Assembly: GCA_965213685.1 (NCBI GenBank)
Contig: CBDBZY010000044.1
Span: forward strand, 172,346 to 236,345
Source of the DNA: a bacterium
GTDB taxonomy: Bacteria > UBA8248
Length of the DNA: 64,000 nucleotides
Reading direction: 5' to 3'
Shown piece by piece: positions 39,861-50,181 of the stretch. Position 1 is the first letter of the stretch; each line of letters begins with the position of its first letter. The notes under the pieces were generated by a model, which worked only from the letters and a program-made list of their open reading frames with translations, searched no databases and had not been told where the DNA came from. A program made the position numbers and the translations under genes.

Positions 39861-40770
39861 TCATAACGATTTCAGGCGCGGGTCCAGCACGTTTCGCAGC
39901 CAGTCGCCCACCAGGTTCGCCCCGAGGACGGTCACCGTAATCGCCACGCCGGGCAGGGTGACGACCCACCAGGAGGTGTAGAGGTACACCTTGCCGTCGC
40001 TGAGCAGGCCGCCCCAGGTGGGGGTGGGCGGCGGCACGCCCAGCCCCAGGAAGCTCAGACCCGCCTCGATGATGATCATCCGGCCCAGGTACAGGGAGGC
40101 GATGATGATGACGGGCGCCAGCACGTTGGGAAGGATATGGCGGACGATGATGCGCAGGTGGCTACCGCCGATGCTCCGCGCCGCCTGGACGAACTCCTGC
40201 TCGCGCAGGGTGAGCACCCTCGCCGCGCACGACGCGGGCGTAGATGACCCAGATGCGCATCGACATCACCAGTATCAGCACGACCAGGGCTCGGTCCCAC
40301 GATGGGCGATGGTCGCCAGCGCGAGCAGTATGAACGGGAAGGAGAGCACCAGGTCCACGAACCGCATGAGGAGAAAATTCCACCTTCCCGCCGAAGTAGC
40401 CCGACACGAGGCCGACGAGGAGCCCGAAGCCTCCCGTGAGCAGCACGGCGAAGAAGCCGACCATGAGCGAGATGCGCGCGCCGTAGATGAGCCGGCTCAG
40501 GAAATCCCGCCCGAGGTGGTCCGTGCCGAGGAGGAAGATTCTCTCCCCGTCCGACCACAGGGGCGGCTTGAGGTTCCGGCTCAGGAGCTGCGCATGCGGG
40601 TCCATCGGCGAAATCAGGGGAGCGAGGAGGGCCGTCGCCACCACGACGGCCAGGATCGCGCAGCCGAGGAGGGCGGATTTGTCCTTCCACAGGGATTCCC
40701 ATACCCGCGGGCGCGCGGGGAGCTCCTCCTCCCCCATCGGTTCCCGGGCCGCCGGTGCTTGTCGCGTCAT
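39861..40770 (-). CDS. Peptide/nickel-type ABC permease (DppC-like), frameshifted
   Basis: LLGTDHLGRDFLSRLIYGARISL, EFVQAARSIG..RHILPN, LSFLGLG...PTWG, GDWLR..LDPR. Confidence 0.8.
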
Positions 40771-41691
40771 TCGTATGAAATCCGCGGGTCGAGATAGGCA
40801 TAGACGAGGTCCACCGTCAGGTTGATGAGCACGAACCCCGACGCCAGGAGGAACACGGCGGACCTGGACGATGGGGGAAATCGCGGTTCGCTATCGCCTC
40901 CACCACCAGGCGCCCGACTCCCGGCCAGGCGAACACGACCTCGATGATCACGGTTCCGCCCAGCAGGATGCCCAGGTCCAGCCCCATGACGGTGACGATG
41001 GGGATGGAGGAGTTCTTGAGGGCGTGCACCATGAGCACGACCCTCTCGTTCAGCCCCCTTCGCCCGCGCCGTCATGATGTAGTCCTGGCGCATCACCTCG
41101 AGCATCTGGGGAGCGCATCAGCCGCGCGAGCCGGGCGAGGGTGATACGTGGAGGCGGCGAAGGCCGGCATGATGAAGTGCTCCCACCCCCCGCGCCCGAA
41201 GGAGGGCAACACCCCCAGCGTCACGGAGAAGAACATGATGAACATGATCGCCAGCCAGAAGTCGGGAATCGCCTGAATCAGCACCCGTGACGCCGACGCA
41301 GCCCTTGTCATACGCGGAGCCTTCCCGGAAGGCGGCGAGGCAGCCGAAGGGAATCCCGACGAGGACGGCGAAGGCGAAGGCGCCGACGGCCATCTCTATC
41401 GTCGCGGGGAAATGCTCCAGAACGAGGCCCATGGCCGACTCGCCGTGTTCGGTGGACTCCCCGAAATCCCCCCGCAGGGCGTTGGAAAAAAACCGGGCGT
41501 ATTGGACGTGCAGCGGCTGGTCGAACCCCATGAGTTTTCTCAGATGCTCGATGTCTTCCTGGGTCGCGTCCGTGTCGAGCATCACCAGGACGGGGTCGCC
41601 CGTCATGTGCAGCAGGAGAAACACGATGACCATGACGCACTTGAGGAGGACTATCGCCTGCATCAGGCGCTTGAAAACGTACGTAGGCCAT
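40767..41691 (-). CDS. Peptide/nickel-type ABC permease (DppB-like), frameshifted
   Basis: GDP, G.DQPL.VQY..F..GDFG, QDYI.TARAKG, HALKNS.IP, E.VF.WPGVG, DL.YAYLDPRI. Confidence 0.8.
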
Positions 41692-41847
41692 ATACGCTCA
41701 CCCCAGCGGTGGGGATGTCCCTCGTCGCGTTCCGGCGCCGCCGCCGGCCAGGGCGCGCGGTCTGTTCGTTGCGATTGCGCGCGCCTCTGGCCGGGGCTTC
41801 GGGGGGGCCTCTGCCTCTTCACCTCTTCCGCGCCGGGTCCCGGAATC

Positions 41848-43368
41848 CTATTTCGTGCCGACTTCGGCGGCTATCAGCTTGCCGTCGGCGCGCGGTCGCC
41901 AGTCGATTTTCTTGTTCGCGCCGAAGATGCGAAAAGTCTGATACAGCGGAACGATCGGCACCTTCTCATGGCGCAGGGACGCGGGCGATATCCTGGTATT
42001 TCTTCTCCCGCGCCTTGTTGTCCATGGTGGAGCGCGCGTCGTTGATCCATCGCGTCCACGGCCTTGTCGCGGAATCCGCCATAGGCCGACCGGCTGCTGA
42101 TCGCGCCGGCGAACATGTGCTCGGCGCTGAAGGCGGTGTTCATCCGCGCCAGATAGTAGAGGAACGGCTTTACGTTTTTCTTGTACTTGCTGAAGATGAT
42201 CTTCTTCATCGCCCCCCATTCCATCACGCGGACGTTCGCCTGGAGGGCCCACTTGCGCCCACTGGCCGGCGATGCCCTCGAGCGCCTCCTTGCCCATCAT
42301 GAAGCGCCCGCGGGGGATGTACACGTCGAACGAAAATCCTTTCGGGTGGCCGGCCTCGGCGAGCAGCTTCTTCGCCTGGGCGGGGTCATGCGGGTAGGGC
42401 TTGAGCTCCGGGTTGTAGCCGAAGCTGGCGGGCCCCTGGATGATCGCCACCGGCTTGGCGAATCCCATCATCACGTTCTTGGTGATGGCGTTGCGGTTGA
42501 TCGCCAGGTTCATCGCCCGGCGAACCCGGACGTCCATCCAGGGCGCGCCTTCTTTGATGACCATCAGAATGTAGTTGGTGCGCGGCGACTGCTTGGCGAT
42601 GACGCGCGTTTTGGCACTCGCCCGGACGCGCCCCGCTCAGCCCGGGGGGCAGGTTGTCGATGATGTCCACGTCGCCCGATATGAGCGCGGAGACGCGCGT
42701 GGTGGACTCGGGGATGAACTTCACTACCGCCGTTTTTTACCTTGGGCTTCCTCCAGGCGTTGGGGTTGGCCTCGTAGACGACCTCCTGCCCCTTGCGCCA
42801 TCTCTTCATCACGAACGGGCCGCTGCCGACGGGATTGCGCGAGAGGTGCTTCTTGTCGTGCTCCTTGTAGTGTTTCGGCGGCACGATGAAGCCGTAGATC
42901 GCCAGAAAACGGCGGGAGCATCGGGTCGGGTTTTTTCGTGTGAATCCGCACCGTGTGCGCGTCCACCGCCTCCACGCGCGCGATGCTCTTGAAGTAGCGG
43001 TATTGCCTCGACTTCATCTTGGGGTCGAGAATCCGCTCGAAGCTGAATTTCACGGCCTCGGCGTCGAGTGCGTCGCCGTTGCTGAATTTCACCCCCTTGC
43101 GGAGTCGGAACTCCCACACCCGGGGACTCACCATCTTGTAGTTCTCGGCGAGCTGGTGGGTCAGGCTCCCGTCCGGGGCGCGAGCGAGCAGCGTTTCAAA
43201 GACGTTCGGGTGGTGCATCGATATCGGCAAGGAAGAGAAGGTGTGCGGGTCGAACGTGGTCAAAGAGCCGGCCATGCCCAACACCACCTTTCCCTTCGGC
43301 GCCGCCTGCGCTCCCGGCGGGAGCAACATCAGCGCCAGCGCGACCATCCACAGCCAAGGCCTCCTCAT
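41848..43368 (-). CDS. Family 5 ABC substrate-binding protein (DppA-like), several frameshifts
   Basis: Signal peptide, FRLRKGVKFSNG..DAEAVKFS, PVGSGPF, VRRAMNLAINR, YPHDPAQAKKLLAEAG distributed over about five frames. Confidence 0.8.
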
Positions 43369-43404
43369 CTCGAATCCCTCCTTTGGGTAAGAGTCCACCA
43401 GTTC

Positions 43405-44548
43405 TCAGAGACAAGCCAACTCGTCCGTACTCCTGTTCAGCGGTTCGTGGCCATCGTCGGTGACCAGATAGGTTTCCCCCCAGAAAATCTGGCGGTCGGC
43501 GCCCAGGTTGAACATGGGGTGGGTCGTCACCACCATGCCGGGCGCCAGCACGCCCTCGGAGACCGGCGTGATCATGTAGTCCGTGAGGTCCAGGCCGGTG
43601 AGGTGAACGAGTCCATAGGGCCAGACCTCATACCCGTTTTTCTCGAACGTCTCGTTCATCGCCCGCACCATGGCGACCATCGGCTCCCCCGGCTTGAGAT
43701 GCGCCAGCGAGGCGTCGCGCGCCTCCCGCACCACCTGGTGGGCGTCGACGAGCCATCGCTCCGCCTCGCCCAGCGTCAGAACCCGCACGATCTGGTTCCA
43801 GTATCCCCGGACGCGCGGGGAAATCTCCAGCAGGAGGGCGTCGCCCCGCCGGACGGGACGGTCCGTCTGGGGGATGACGTAGCCCCAGGGCGCCTCGCCG
43901 CCGTCGGCCATGCCGCCCAGGCCCATCATGTTGAAGTTCTCCGTCCCGCCCCCGGGTATGATGACCCGGTCCATCTCCGCGCGTATCTCCAGTTCCGTCA
44001 CGCCTTCGCGAATGAAATCGCGGAGGTGATCCCACACCCGGTCGCCGAGCTCGGCCGCGCGGCGCGACATGGCGACCTCCTCTTCGCTTTGCACCAGGCG
44101 CAGCTTCCAGATCAGATCGCCGGCCTCCACCCATTGTTTCGCCCGCACCTGCTCCTGCAGCTGCTGGTGCCAGGCGGCGGGCATGATGGCGAGAGAGGAG
44201 ACGCCGATTCTGGCGTCTGCGCCGGCGGTCTCGTTCAGATGGCGGCACGCCTGCAGCGGAACGGGGGGCCATGGCCTCGCAGCGGGTGTCGGATATCCAG
44301 CCGTTTCGCAGGGATTCGATGCGCTGGTTCTCCACGCCCACGAACAGGACGGGCTCTCCCTCGCGGGGGAAAACCAGAATTTGCTGGCCGGAGAAGGAGA
44401 TGAAATTGCTGACGTAGGCCAGATTCCCCGAGCGCGGCCCCTGGCGGCCGCTGTTGCCGTAGACGAGGAGGACGTCCAGCCCCTCGCGCTCCATCTGCGC
44501 TCTGATATTCGCGTGGCGACGATCGCGTTCTGTGGTGGATAGCCCCAA
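43405..44548 (-). CDS. M24/creatinase-like hydrolase with non-canonical metal site, frameshifted
   Basis: ERDRR..IR..ME..GLDVLLV N-terminus (TTG start, GGAGG upstream), LRLVQSEEE. Ligand positions read E/Q/H/H/G instead of D/D/H/E/E. Confidence 0.7.
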
Positions 44549-44580
44549 CTGTCCTGTCCTCCGGGTTGTCCGTCGTTGCG

Positions 44581-45333
44581 CTAAAAAATCACCTTGCCGC
44601 CCGAGACGGCCATGTTGACGCCCGTCACGTAGGCGGCGGCGTCGCTGCAAAAAAACGCCACGGCCCCGCTCACGTCCTCGGGGTGGGCCAGGCGCCTCAT
44701 CGGAATGGTGTCGAGGTATCGTCTCTGGTAATCCTCCGCATGGAGGATGGGCCGCTCCGTTCGGGTGAGGCCCGGGGAGACCATGTTGACCGTGATCCCG
44801 CAGGGGGCCATCTCGACGGCCAGGTTTTGCGAGAAATACAAAAGGGCCGACTTCACCGACCCGTAGGAGTTCGTGCGCTCCCGCCTCTCGCCCAGGACGG
44901 TGGAGAGGACGTTGACGACGCGGCCCCAGCCCCTGTCCCGCATGCCCGGCAGCGCGGCTTGGCAACAATGAAAGGCGCCCTGGAGCATCACCTGAATCTG
45001 GGGCGCGTAGTCCTCCTCCCAGCACATCTCCAGAAACGCCCTGCCCCGCACGAGTCGCCGCGCGTTGTTGACGAGAATGTCGACGCCGCCCATCCGCTTC
45101 TCGCATTCGCCGAACATGCGCTCCACGTCCTCGCGCCGGCTCACGTCGGCCTGGATGCTGAAGGCCTCGCCGCCTTCCCCCCGGATGTCCTCCGCCACCT
45201 CCCGGGCCGCCTCCTCGTCCGCGTGGTAGTGCACGCCGACCGCAGCGCCTGTGCGCGCCAGCCCGCAGGCGATGGCCTTGCCGATGCCGCGCGTAGCACC
45301 AGTGACGAGAGCGGTGCGTCGTTTCGGCTTCAT
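44581..45333 (-). CDS. Short-chain dehydrogenase/reductase (FabG-like)
   Basis: TGATRGIG, LVNNA, YGSVK, ITVNMVSPG. Confidence 0.9.
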   Translation of the reverse strand: MKPKRRTALVTGATRGIGKAIACGLARTGAAVGVHYHADEEAAREVAEDIRGEGGEAFSIQADVSRREDVERMFGECEKRMGGVDILVNNARRLVRGRAFLEMCWEEDYAPQIQVMLQGAFHCCQAALPGMRDRGWGRVVNVLSTVLGERRERTNSYGSVKSALLYFSQNLAVEMAPCGITVNMVSPGLTRTERPILHAEDYQRRYLDTIPMRRLAHPEDVSGAVAFFCSDAAAYVTGVNMAVSGGKVIF

Positions 45334-45441
45334 GCGGAACCCACGTAGAGGTGAACGAAAAGGCATCCGTCGTCAGGGTCAATGAAAGCGATTCCCGCGC
45401 CTCTGATTCCGGATGCGGAACAGCAAATGCACCGTTGATTA

Positions 45442-45465
45442 AATGGTATTATATGTAATACCATT
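45442..45465. promoter_or_regulatory. AT-rich inverted repeat AATGGTATTA-TATG-TAATACCATT, candidate GntR operator
   Basis: Perfect 10-bp arms in the divergent intergenic region upstream of a GntR/UTRA gene. Confidence 0.65.
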
Positions 45466-45577
45466 CGGAATTGCAAGTTGAATTTTTGCCAAAGCCCCCC
45501 ATCGCGCGAAGGCCCGCGTCCCGGTGCGGGACGGGTCGGCCCACGCGGGTCGCGAAGGCGGGAGGGAGAGGAGGCGC

Positions 45578-46321
45578 ATGCGGGAGCTGGTGGCGGAGCA
45601 GCCGTTTTCCAACGAATTCATCCCCTACTATTACCAGATCGCCAGTTTCTTGCGCTCGAAGATTGAACGCGGGGAGTTGATTTCGGGGATGAAGCTTCCC
45701 AGGGAGATGGAACTTTCCCGGCATTTCGGCGTCAGCCGGGTCACCCTCCGGCAGGCGCTTTCCATACTGGAGAAAGAGGGGCTCGTGACGCGCAAGCGCC
45801 GGAGGGGCACGTTCGTCAACGGCTGCGGCGTGAAGCCGAAAACGATTCAGCTCACCGGGGTCATCTGGGAGGAGAACGCCAACAGCCAGGACATGCGCAT
45901 CATATCGCTCAAGGACGTGGCCGCCTCGCCCCCCCTGGAGAAGTTCTTCGGCCTGCGCGGCGGAGAGATGCTGACCAGGGTCCGGCGCCTGCGGATGGCG
46001 GAGGAGACGCCCTTTTGCCATGTGACGAATTACTTGCCCCAAAGGCTCGCCCGGGACATCACGCGCGAGGACATTCGCACCCGCAGCATGCTGCACATCA
46101 TCCAGAACCGGCTGCGCATCCCGCTGGGCAACATTCACCAGACGTTTGAGGCCCGCCTCGCCGAGAACGACGTCGCGGGCCATCTTTCCATCGGCGCCCT
46201 CGCACCGGTCCTGTATGTGGAAACCTTCGTCCACGGCAAAGACGGCGCGCCCGTAGAATTCTCTGAAATCTATTATCGCGGAGATCAACACCGATACAGG
46301 GTGGAGCTCGTCAGCGAGTAG
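45578..46321 (+). CDS. GntR family transcriptional regulator (HutC/UTRA subfamily)
   Basis: PYYYQI, KLPREMEL..FGVSRVTLRQAL..L..EG..RRRGTFV, C-terminal UTRA (PVEFS..YYRGD). Confidence 0.9.
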   Translation: MRELVAEQPFSNEFIPYYYQIASFLRSKIERGELISGMKLPREMELSRHFGVSRVTLRQALSILEKEGLVTRKRRRGTFVNGCGVKPKTIQLTGVIWEENANSQDMRIISLKDVAASPPLEKFFGLRGGEMLTRVRRLRMAEETPFCHVTNYLPQRLARDITREDIRTRSMLHIIQNRLRIPLGNIHQTFEARLAENDVAGHLSIGALAPVLYVETFVHGKDGAPVEFSEIYYRGDQHRYRVELVSE

Positions 46322-46373
46322 GCGCCTGCCCCCCTGTGCGCGCTCCTCGTTCTCCGTTGACCGGAGGTGAGAC

Positions 46374-47294
46374 ATGTCCCGTGAGAAGCGCAACCGGAAA
46401 ACCATCGGCTTCATTGGCCTGGGACTCATGGGGCAGGCGTTTTCCAAAAACCTCCTCGCCGACGGCCACCGCCTCGTGGGAACCGACCCGCAGGCCAGGG
46501 CGATGCGAAAATTCAGGCGCCTGGGAGGAGAACCCCTCGAAACGCCCCGGGCGGTTGCGGAAGCCGCCGACGTCGTTTTCATCTCCGTTCCCGACTCCCG
46601 AACGTCCCTGCGGACGGCGCGCGGGGAGAGCGGGTATCTCGCCTGCTCCCCGGAGCGGGCGCCCGAGGTGGTGCTCGACACGACGACGTCCGACCCCGAG
46701 GACTCCAAGAAGCACGCGGCGCTGTGCCGGAGAAAGGGGATTCCCTATCTGGATGCGTGCGTGAGCGGCAACAGCGGCTACGTGGCGGATCGGGAGGGGC
46801 TGTTCCTCGTCGGGGGAGACAAGAAGGCGTATGAGAAGGCGGCGCCGCTTTTGGAGACGATGCTCTCCGATCAGATATACTGCGGCCCGCCAGGCTCCGG
46901 GGCCGCCATGAAGGTGGTCGTGAACTACCTGACCTCCATGGGGCGCTGCGTCATCGCCGAAACCCTCCGGCTCGGGATACGCAGCGGATTCGGCAAGGAT
47001 TTCTTGTTCGACGCGCTGAAGAGAAGCCGCGCGGGCGGGTGGCGCATGCTGCATACCCACGGCGGAAACATGCTCAAGGGCCGGTATCGCCGTCCCCTGA
47101 GCACCCTGAACGTCATGGTGAAGGACATCGGCCTCGGTCTCGCGCAAGCGCGCAGGCACGGCGCCGCAACGCCTGTGGGGAGCGCGTGCGCGCCGATGTT
47201 CGAGGAGGGAGCGCGTGCGGGGCACGGGGATTTGGACAGCGCCGCGGTGTATCTGTCATACCTGGATCGGGAGAAGGGGAGAGCCGGGGGATAA
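46374..47294 (+). CDS. NAD(P)-dependent oxidoreductase, 3-hydroxyisobutyrate dehydrogenase family
   Basis: IGFIGLGLMG, LDTTT, LDACVSG, G.G..MKVVVN, KDIGL. Confidence 0.85.
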   Translation: MSREKRNRKTIGFIGLGLMGQAFSKNLLADGHRLVGTDPQARAMRKFRRLGGEPLETPRAVAEAADVVFISVPDSRTSLRTARGESGYLACSPERAPEVVLDTTTSDPEDSKKHAALCRRKGIPYLDACVSGNSGYVADREGLFLVGGDKKAYEKAAPLLETMLSDQIYCGPPGSGAAMKVVVNYLTSMGRCVIAETLRLGIRSGFGKDFLFDALKRSRAGGWRMLHTHGGNMLKGRYRRPLSTLNVMVKDIGLGLAQARRHGAATPVGSACAPMFEEGARAGHGDLDSAAVYLSYLDREKGRAGG

Positions 47295-47431
47295 CATGCG
47301 GAAACGAAGCGGCGTCGCGCCTTTCGCCCTGCGCGCTTCATGCCGCGCCCCTTCGTGCGGGCGCCGTCGGCTCGCTCCGGGCGTTCGCGGGCGCCGTCGG
47401 GGAGCCGGGGTTGCGAGGCGAGGCGCGCGAT

Positions 47432-48415
47432 ATGGCTGATTGCACCCTCCTTGCCGTGGGGGACATGGAAATTGATCGTCCCGATCCGGCGCGCGCCTTC
47501 TCGAAGGTCGCCTCGTTTCTGGAGGCAGCCGACCTGCGCTTCGGCGGGCTGGAGGCGTCCATGTCCCGTCTGGGGGAGCCCGCGAGCGGGAAGATCGTGA
47601 TGCGTCATCCGCCGGAGATGATACGGGGGTATCTCGCGGGGGGCTTCGACGTGCTGGCGTTCGCCAGCAACCATTGCATGGACTACGGGGTCGAGCCGTT
47701 CGTCGAGACGATGGCGCTGCTCGAGCGAAACGGCATCGCGTACGCGGGTGCGGGCCGGAATATCGAGGAGGCGCGCAGGCCCGCCGTCGTCGAGTGCCGC
47801 GGCGTGCGATGCGGGTTTTTGTCCTATGTGCTGGAACTGCCGCTGGGCTGGGGCGCAGGCCCCGCCAGGCCGGGCGTCGCACCCGTCCGGCAGGACGCAC
47901 TCTACGGCCCCCCCTACCTCAACGAAGAGGACGTGGAGGCGATGGCCGCCGACGTCCGGCGGGCGCGCGCGGGGGTCGATTTTCTCCTGGCGTCGTTCCA
48001 CTGGGGGGCGAGCCAGAGCCGCACGCTCACCCTCTCGCAGCGGGCCGTCGCGCACAGGGCCGTCGAATCGGGGGCGGACGTCGTCGTCGGGCACCATCCC
48101 CACATTCTGCAGGGCGTCGAGGTGTATCGCGGCCGGCCCGTTTTTTACGCGCTGGGCAATTTTGTTCTCGACCACGATCATCCGATGTTCCTGCCCACCG
48201 CGCGCGAGTCGATCGTCGTGAGAATCGCCCTCCGGGACGGGAGACTTCGCCGGGCCTCGTTCTCCCCCGTGCGGATCGGGGAGGACGGCGATCCCCGGAT
48301 TCTCGCCGGGGAGGAGCCCGAAGCGGATGAAATCCTGACCACCCTCGCATCGCTCTCCGCGAAACTGGGGACGCGGCTGCAAATCTCCCGCGGCGAGGGG
48401 GCGGTGCCGCTGTGA
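47432..48415 (+). CDS. CapA family metallophosphoesterase-fold protein
   Basis: AVGD, FASNHCMDYG, GAG.N.EEA, HWG, GHHPHILQGVE.Y....FYALGNF. Confidence 0.85.
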   Translation: MADCTLLAVGDMEIDRPDPARAFSKVASFLEAADLRFGGLEASMSRLGEPASGKIVMRHPPEMIRGYLAGGFDVLAFASNHCMDYGVEPFVETMALLERNGIAYAGAGRNIEEARRPAVVECRGVRCGFLSYVLELPLGWGAGPARPGVAPVRQDALYGPPYLNEEDVEAMAADVRRARAGVDFLLASFHWGASQSRTLTLSQRAVAHRAVESGADVVVGHHPHILQGVEVYRGRPVFYALGNFVLDHDHPMFLPTARESIVVRIALRDGRLRRASFSPVRIGEDGDPRILAGEEPEADEILTTLASLSAKLGTRLQISRGEGAVPL

Positions 48416-48461
48416 GGGGGAGTCCGGCGCCTCGCGCCGGGCGCTGAACGGAGAGGTCGTC

Positions 48462-49205
48462 ATGGAGTTGCAAGGGAAAGTTCTCGTGATCACGGGCGCC
48501 GCGCGGGGAATCGGGGCGGAGGCCGCCCTCCGCTTCGCGGGCATGGGCGCGCGCGTGGCGGCGGTGGACGTGCGGGAGGATGCGCTGCGGCGGCTGGAGC
48601 GGAAATCCCCGGGCGCCATCCTCGGCGTGGCGGGGGATATTTCCAGCGAGCGGGGCGTGGAAGACGCCTTTGACGCGGCGGCGGGCGAATTTGGCGGCGT
48701 GGACATCCTGATCCACTGCGCCGTGATTCGCGGCAACGGCCCTCTGGCGGAAGTGGAGGAGGCCGTGATCGATCTGGCGCTGGCCGTGGGGCTGAAGGGC
48801 AACATCCTGTGCGCGCGGCGCGCGGCGCGGGAGATGGAGAAGCGGGGCGGCGGCGCCATCGTCAACATGTCGAGCTTCTACGCCCGCACGCCGGCCAAGG
48901 GGCGCGTCGTGTATGTGGCCGTAAAGGGGGGCGTCGAGGGTCTCACCCGCGCACTGGCCGTCGAGCTGGCGGACTCCGGCGTGCGCGTCAACGCCATAGC
49001 GGCGGGCCCGGTTCTGACGAAGCTCCGCCGGGAGCAGGGAGAGGGCGAACCCGGCGCCCTGGCGGAGCGCTACCGGAAATCCCCGATGGGGAGGTTCGGC
49101 CGGGTGGAGGAGGTGCTGGACGCCATGCTGTATTTGATGACGCCCCGCTCCTCCTACATGACGGGCCAGGTTCTGGTGCTCGATGGAGGTTTGACCATCG
49201 TGTGA
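48462..49205 (+). CDS. Short-chain dehydrogenase/reductase
   Basis: TGAARGIG, YVAVK, VRVNAIAAG, YMTGQVL.LDGG. Confidence 0.9.
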   Translation: MELQGKVLVITGAARGIGAEAALRFAGMGARVAAVDVREDALRRLERKSPGAILGVAGDISSERGVEDAFDAAAGEFGGVDILIHCAVIRGNGPLAEVEEAVIDLALAVGLKGNILCARRAAREMEKRGGGAIVNMSSFYARTPAKGRVVYVAVKGGVEGLTRALAVELADSGVRVNAIAAGPVLTKLRREQGEGEPGALAERYRKSPMGRFGRVEEVLDAMLYLMTPRSSYMTGQVLVLDGGLTIV

Positions 49206-49242
49206 CTTGCCGGCGCGCCCGCCGCACCGGGGAGCGGGCGGG

Positions 49243-49671
49243 TCAGCACCACTTCCTGCGGCGTCCGCGCGTGTAGGGCCGGCCGTGGCCGGTGCTGATC
49301 AGCAGGCGGGTGAGGTCGCGCCCGTCGGGCAGTTGCACCGTCGCCAGGACGCGGCCGCCGTATTTGTCGTCCTTCACCTGGAGGAGGCAGACCCTCCTGC
49401 CTCTGCCGATGATCAGGCGGACGTAATCGCGCGCCGCCTTGCCCCGCTTGCGCTCCTGTGCGCATTTCGCTCTGCGGATTTCGGGCGTGTCCACCCCCCG
49501 TATCCGGGCGTTGGTGGTTACCTCGATGCGCACCCATATTCTGGCCCGCACCTTGATCGTGTCGCCGTCGATCACTTTCAGCACCCGCGCCGGAATGCCC
49601 CGCTCACAAGTCGCCGCCGGCGGCGGAGCGCACGCCAGCCCGAAGATGAGAATAATGAGAATGCGATGCAA
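49243..49671 (-). CDS. Secreted thermonuclease (SNase-like)
   Basis: Signal peptide, VIDGDTI, RIRGVDTPE, DKYGGRVLA. Confidence 0.85.
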   Translation of the reverse strand: MHRILIILIFGLACAPPPAATCERGIPARVLKVIDGDTIKVRARIWVRIEVTTNARIRGVDTPEIRRAKCAQERKRGKAARDYVRLIIGRGRRVCLLQVKDDKYGGRVLATVQLPDGRDLTRLLISTGHGRPYTRGRRRKWC

Positions 49672-49911
49672 TGCCGAATCCCCGCCGAGTCAAGTAACCT
49701 GGGAGAGGGTTTTTTCCCCGTGTTTTATGTTTCCCGGGATGGCGTGGCAACGAAGGGGGGAGGCCGCCTTGGCGCGCGCGACGGTTCGCGCTCCCGATGC
49801 GGGAGCAAACGGGAATCCGCCGGTTGGCGCGTCGGGGGGAAGGATTCCTGCGTGGATGGATGGCGGCGGGCTGGTTTCATCTCTGTCTCTCCTTTTCGGC
49901 GTAGGGATAGC

Positions 49912-50008
49912 TGGCGGGAGCGCGTGGGAGTCGAACCCACCGACGAAGTGGTTAGCCCCGTCCACTGGATTTGAAGTCCAGGCGGCACACCAGCACCGAT
50001 GCGCTCCC
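49912..50008 (-). tRNA. selC: tRNA-Sec (anticodon UCA)
   Basis: GGGAGCGC/GCGCTCCC 8-bp acceptor stem, 6-bp D stem with 4-nt loop, CTGGA-CTTCAAA-TCCAG anticodon arm, long variable arm, GTGGG-TTCGACT-CCCAC T arm, G discriminator and encoded CCA. Confidence 0.95.
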
Positions 50009-50181
50009 GGAGGCATCATACAACGGCGCGGGCTGGTTCCGAAAGCTGCGGCTCACAGGTTTCGGCCCCCTTTTGCGAGGCACCCGAGGGGATCGGGGCG
50101 GCTTGTCCCGGGGGGCGGGGGCGTTCTACAAGGGAGCGAGACAAGGGGGCGAGGCGCATCGCGATCAAGAGGAGAAAAGGG

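Noticed and set aside
49690-49911. att-site duplicate of the tRNA-Sec 3' end
   Set aside because: No second copy of the tRNA 3' sequence was found by eye in the window.
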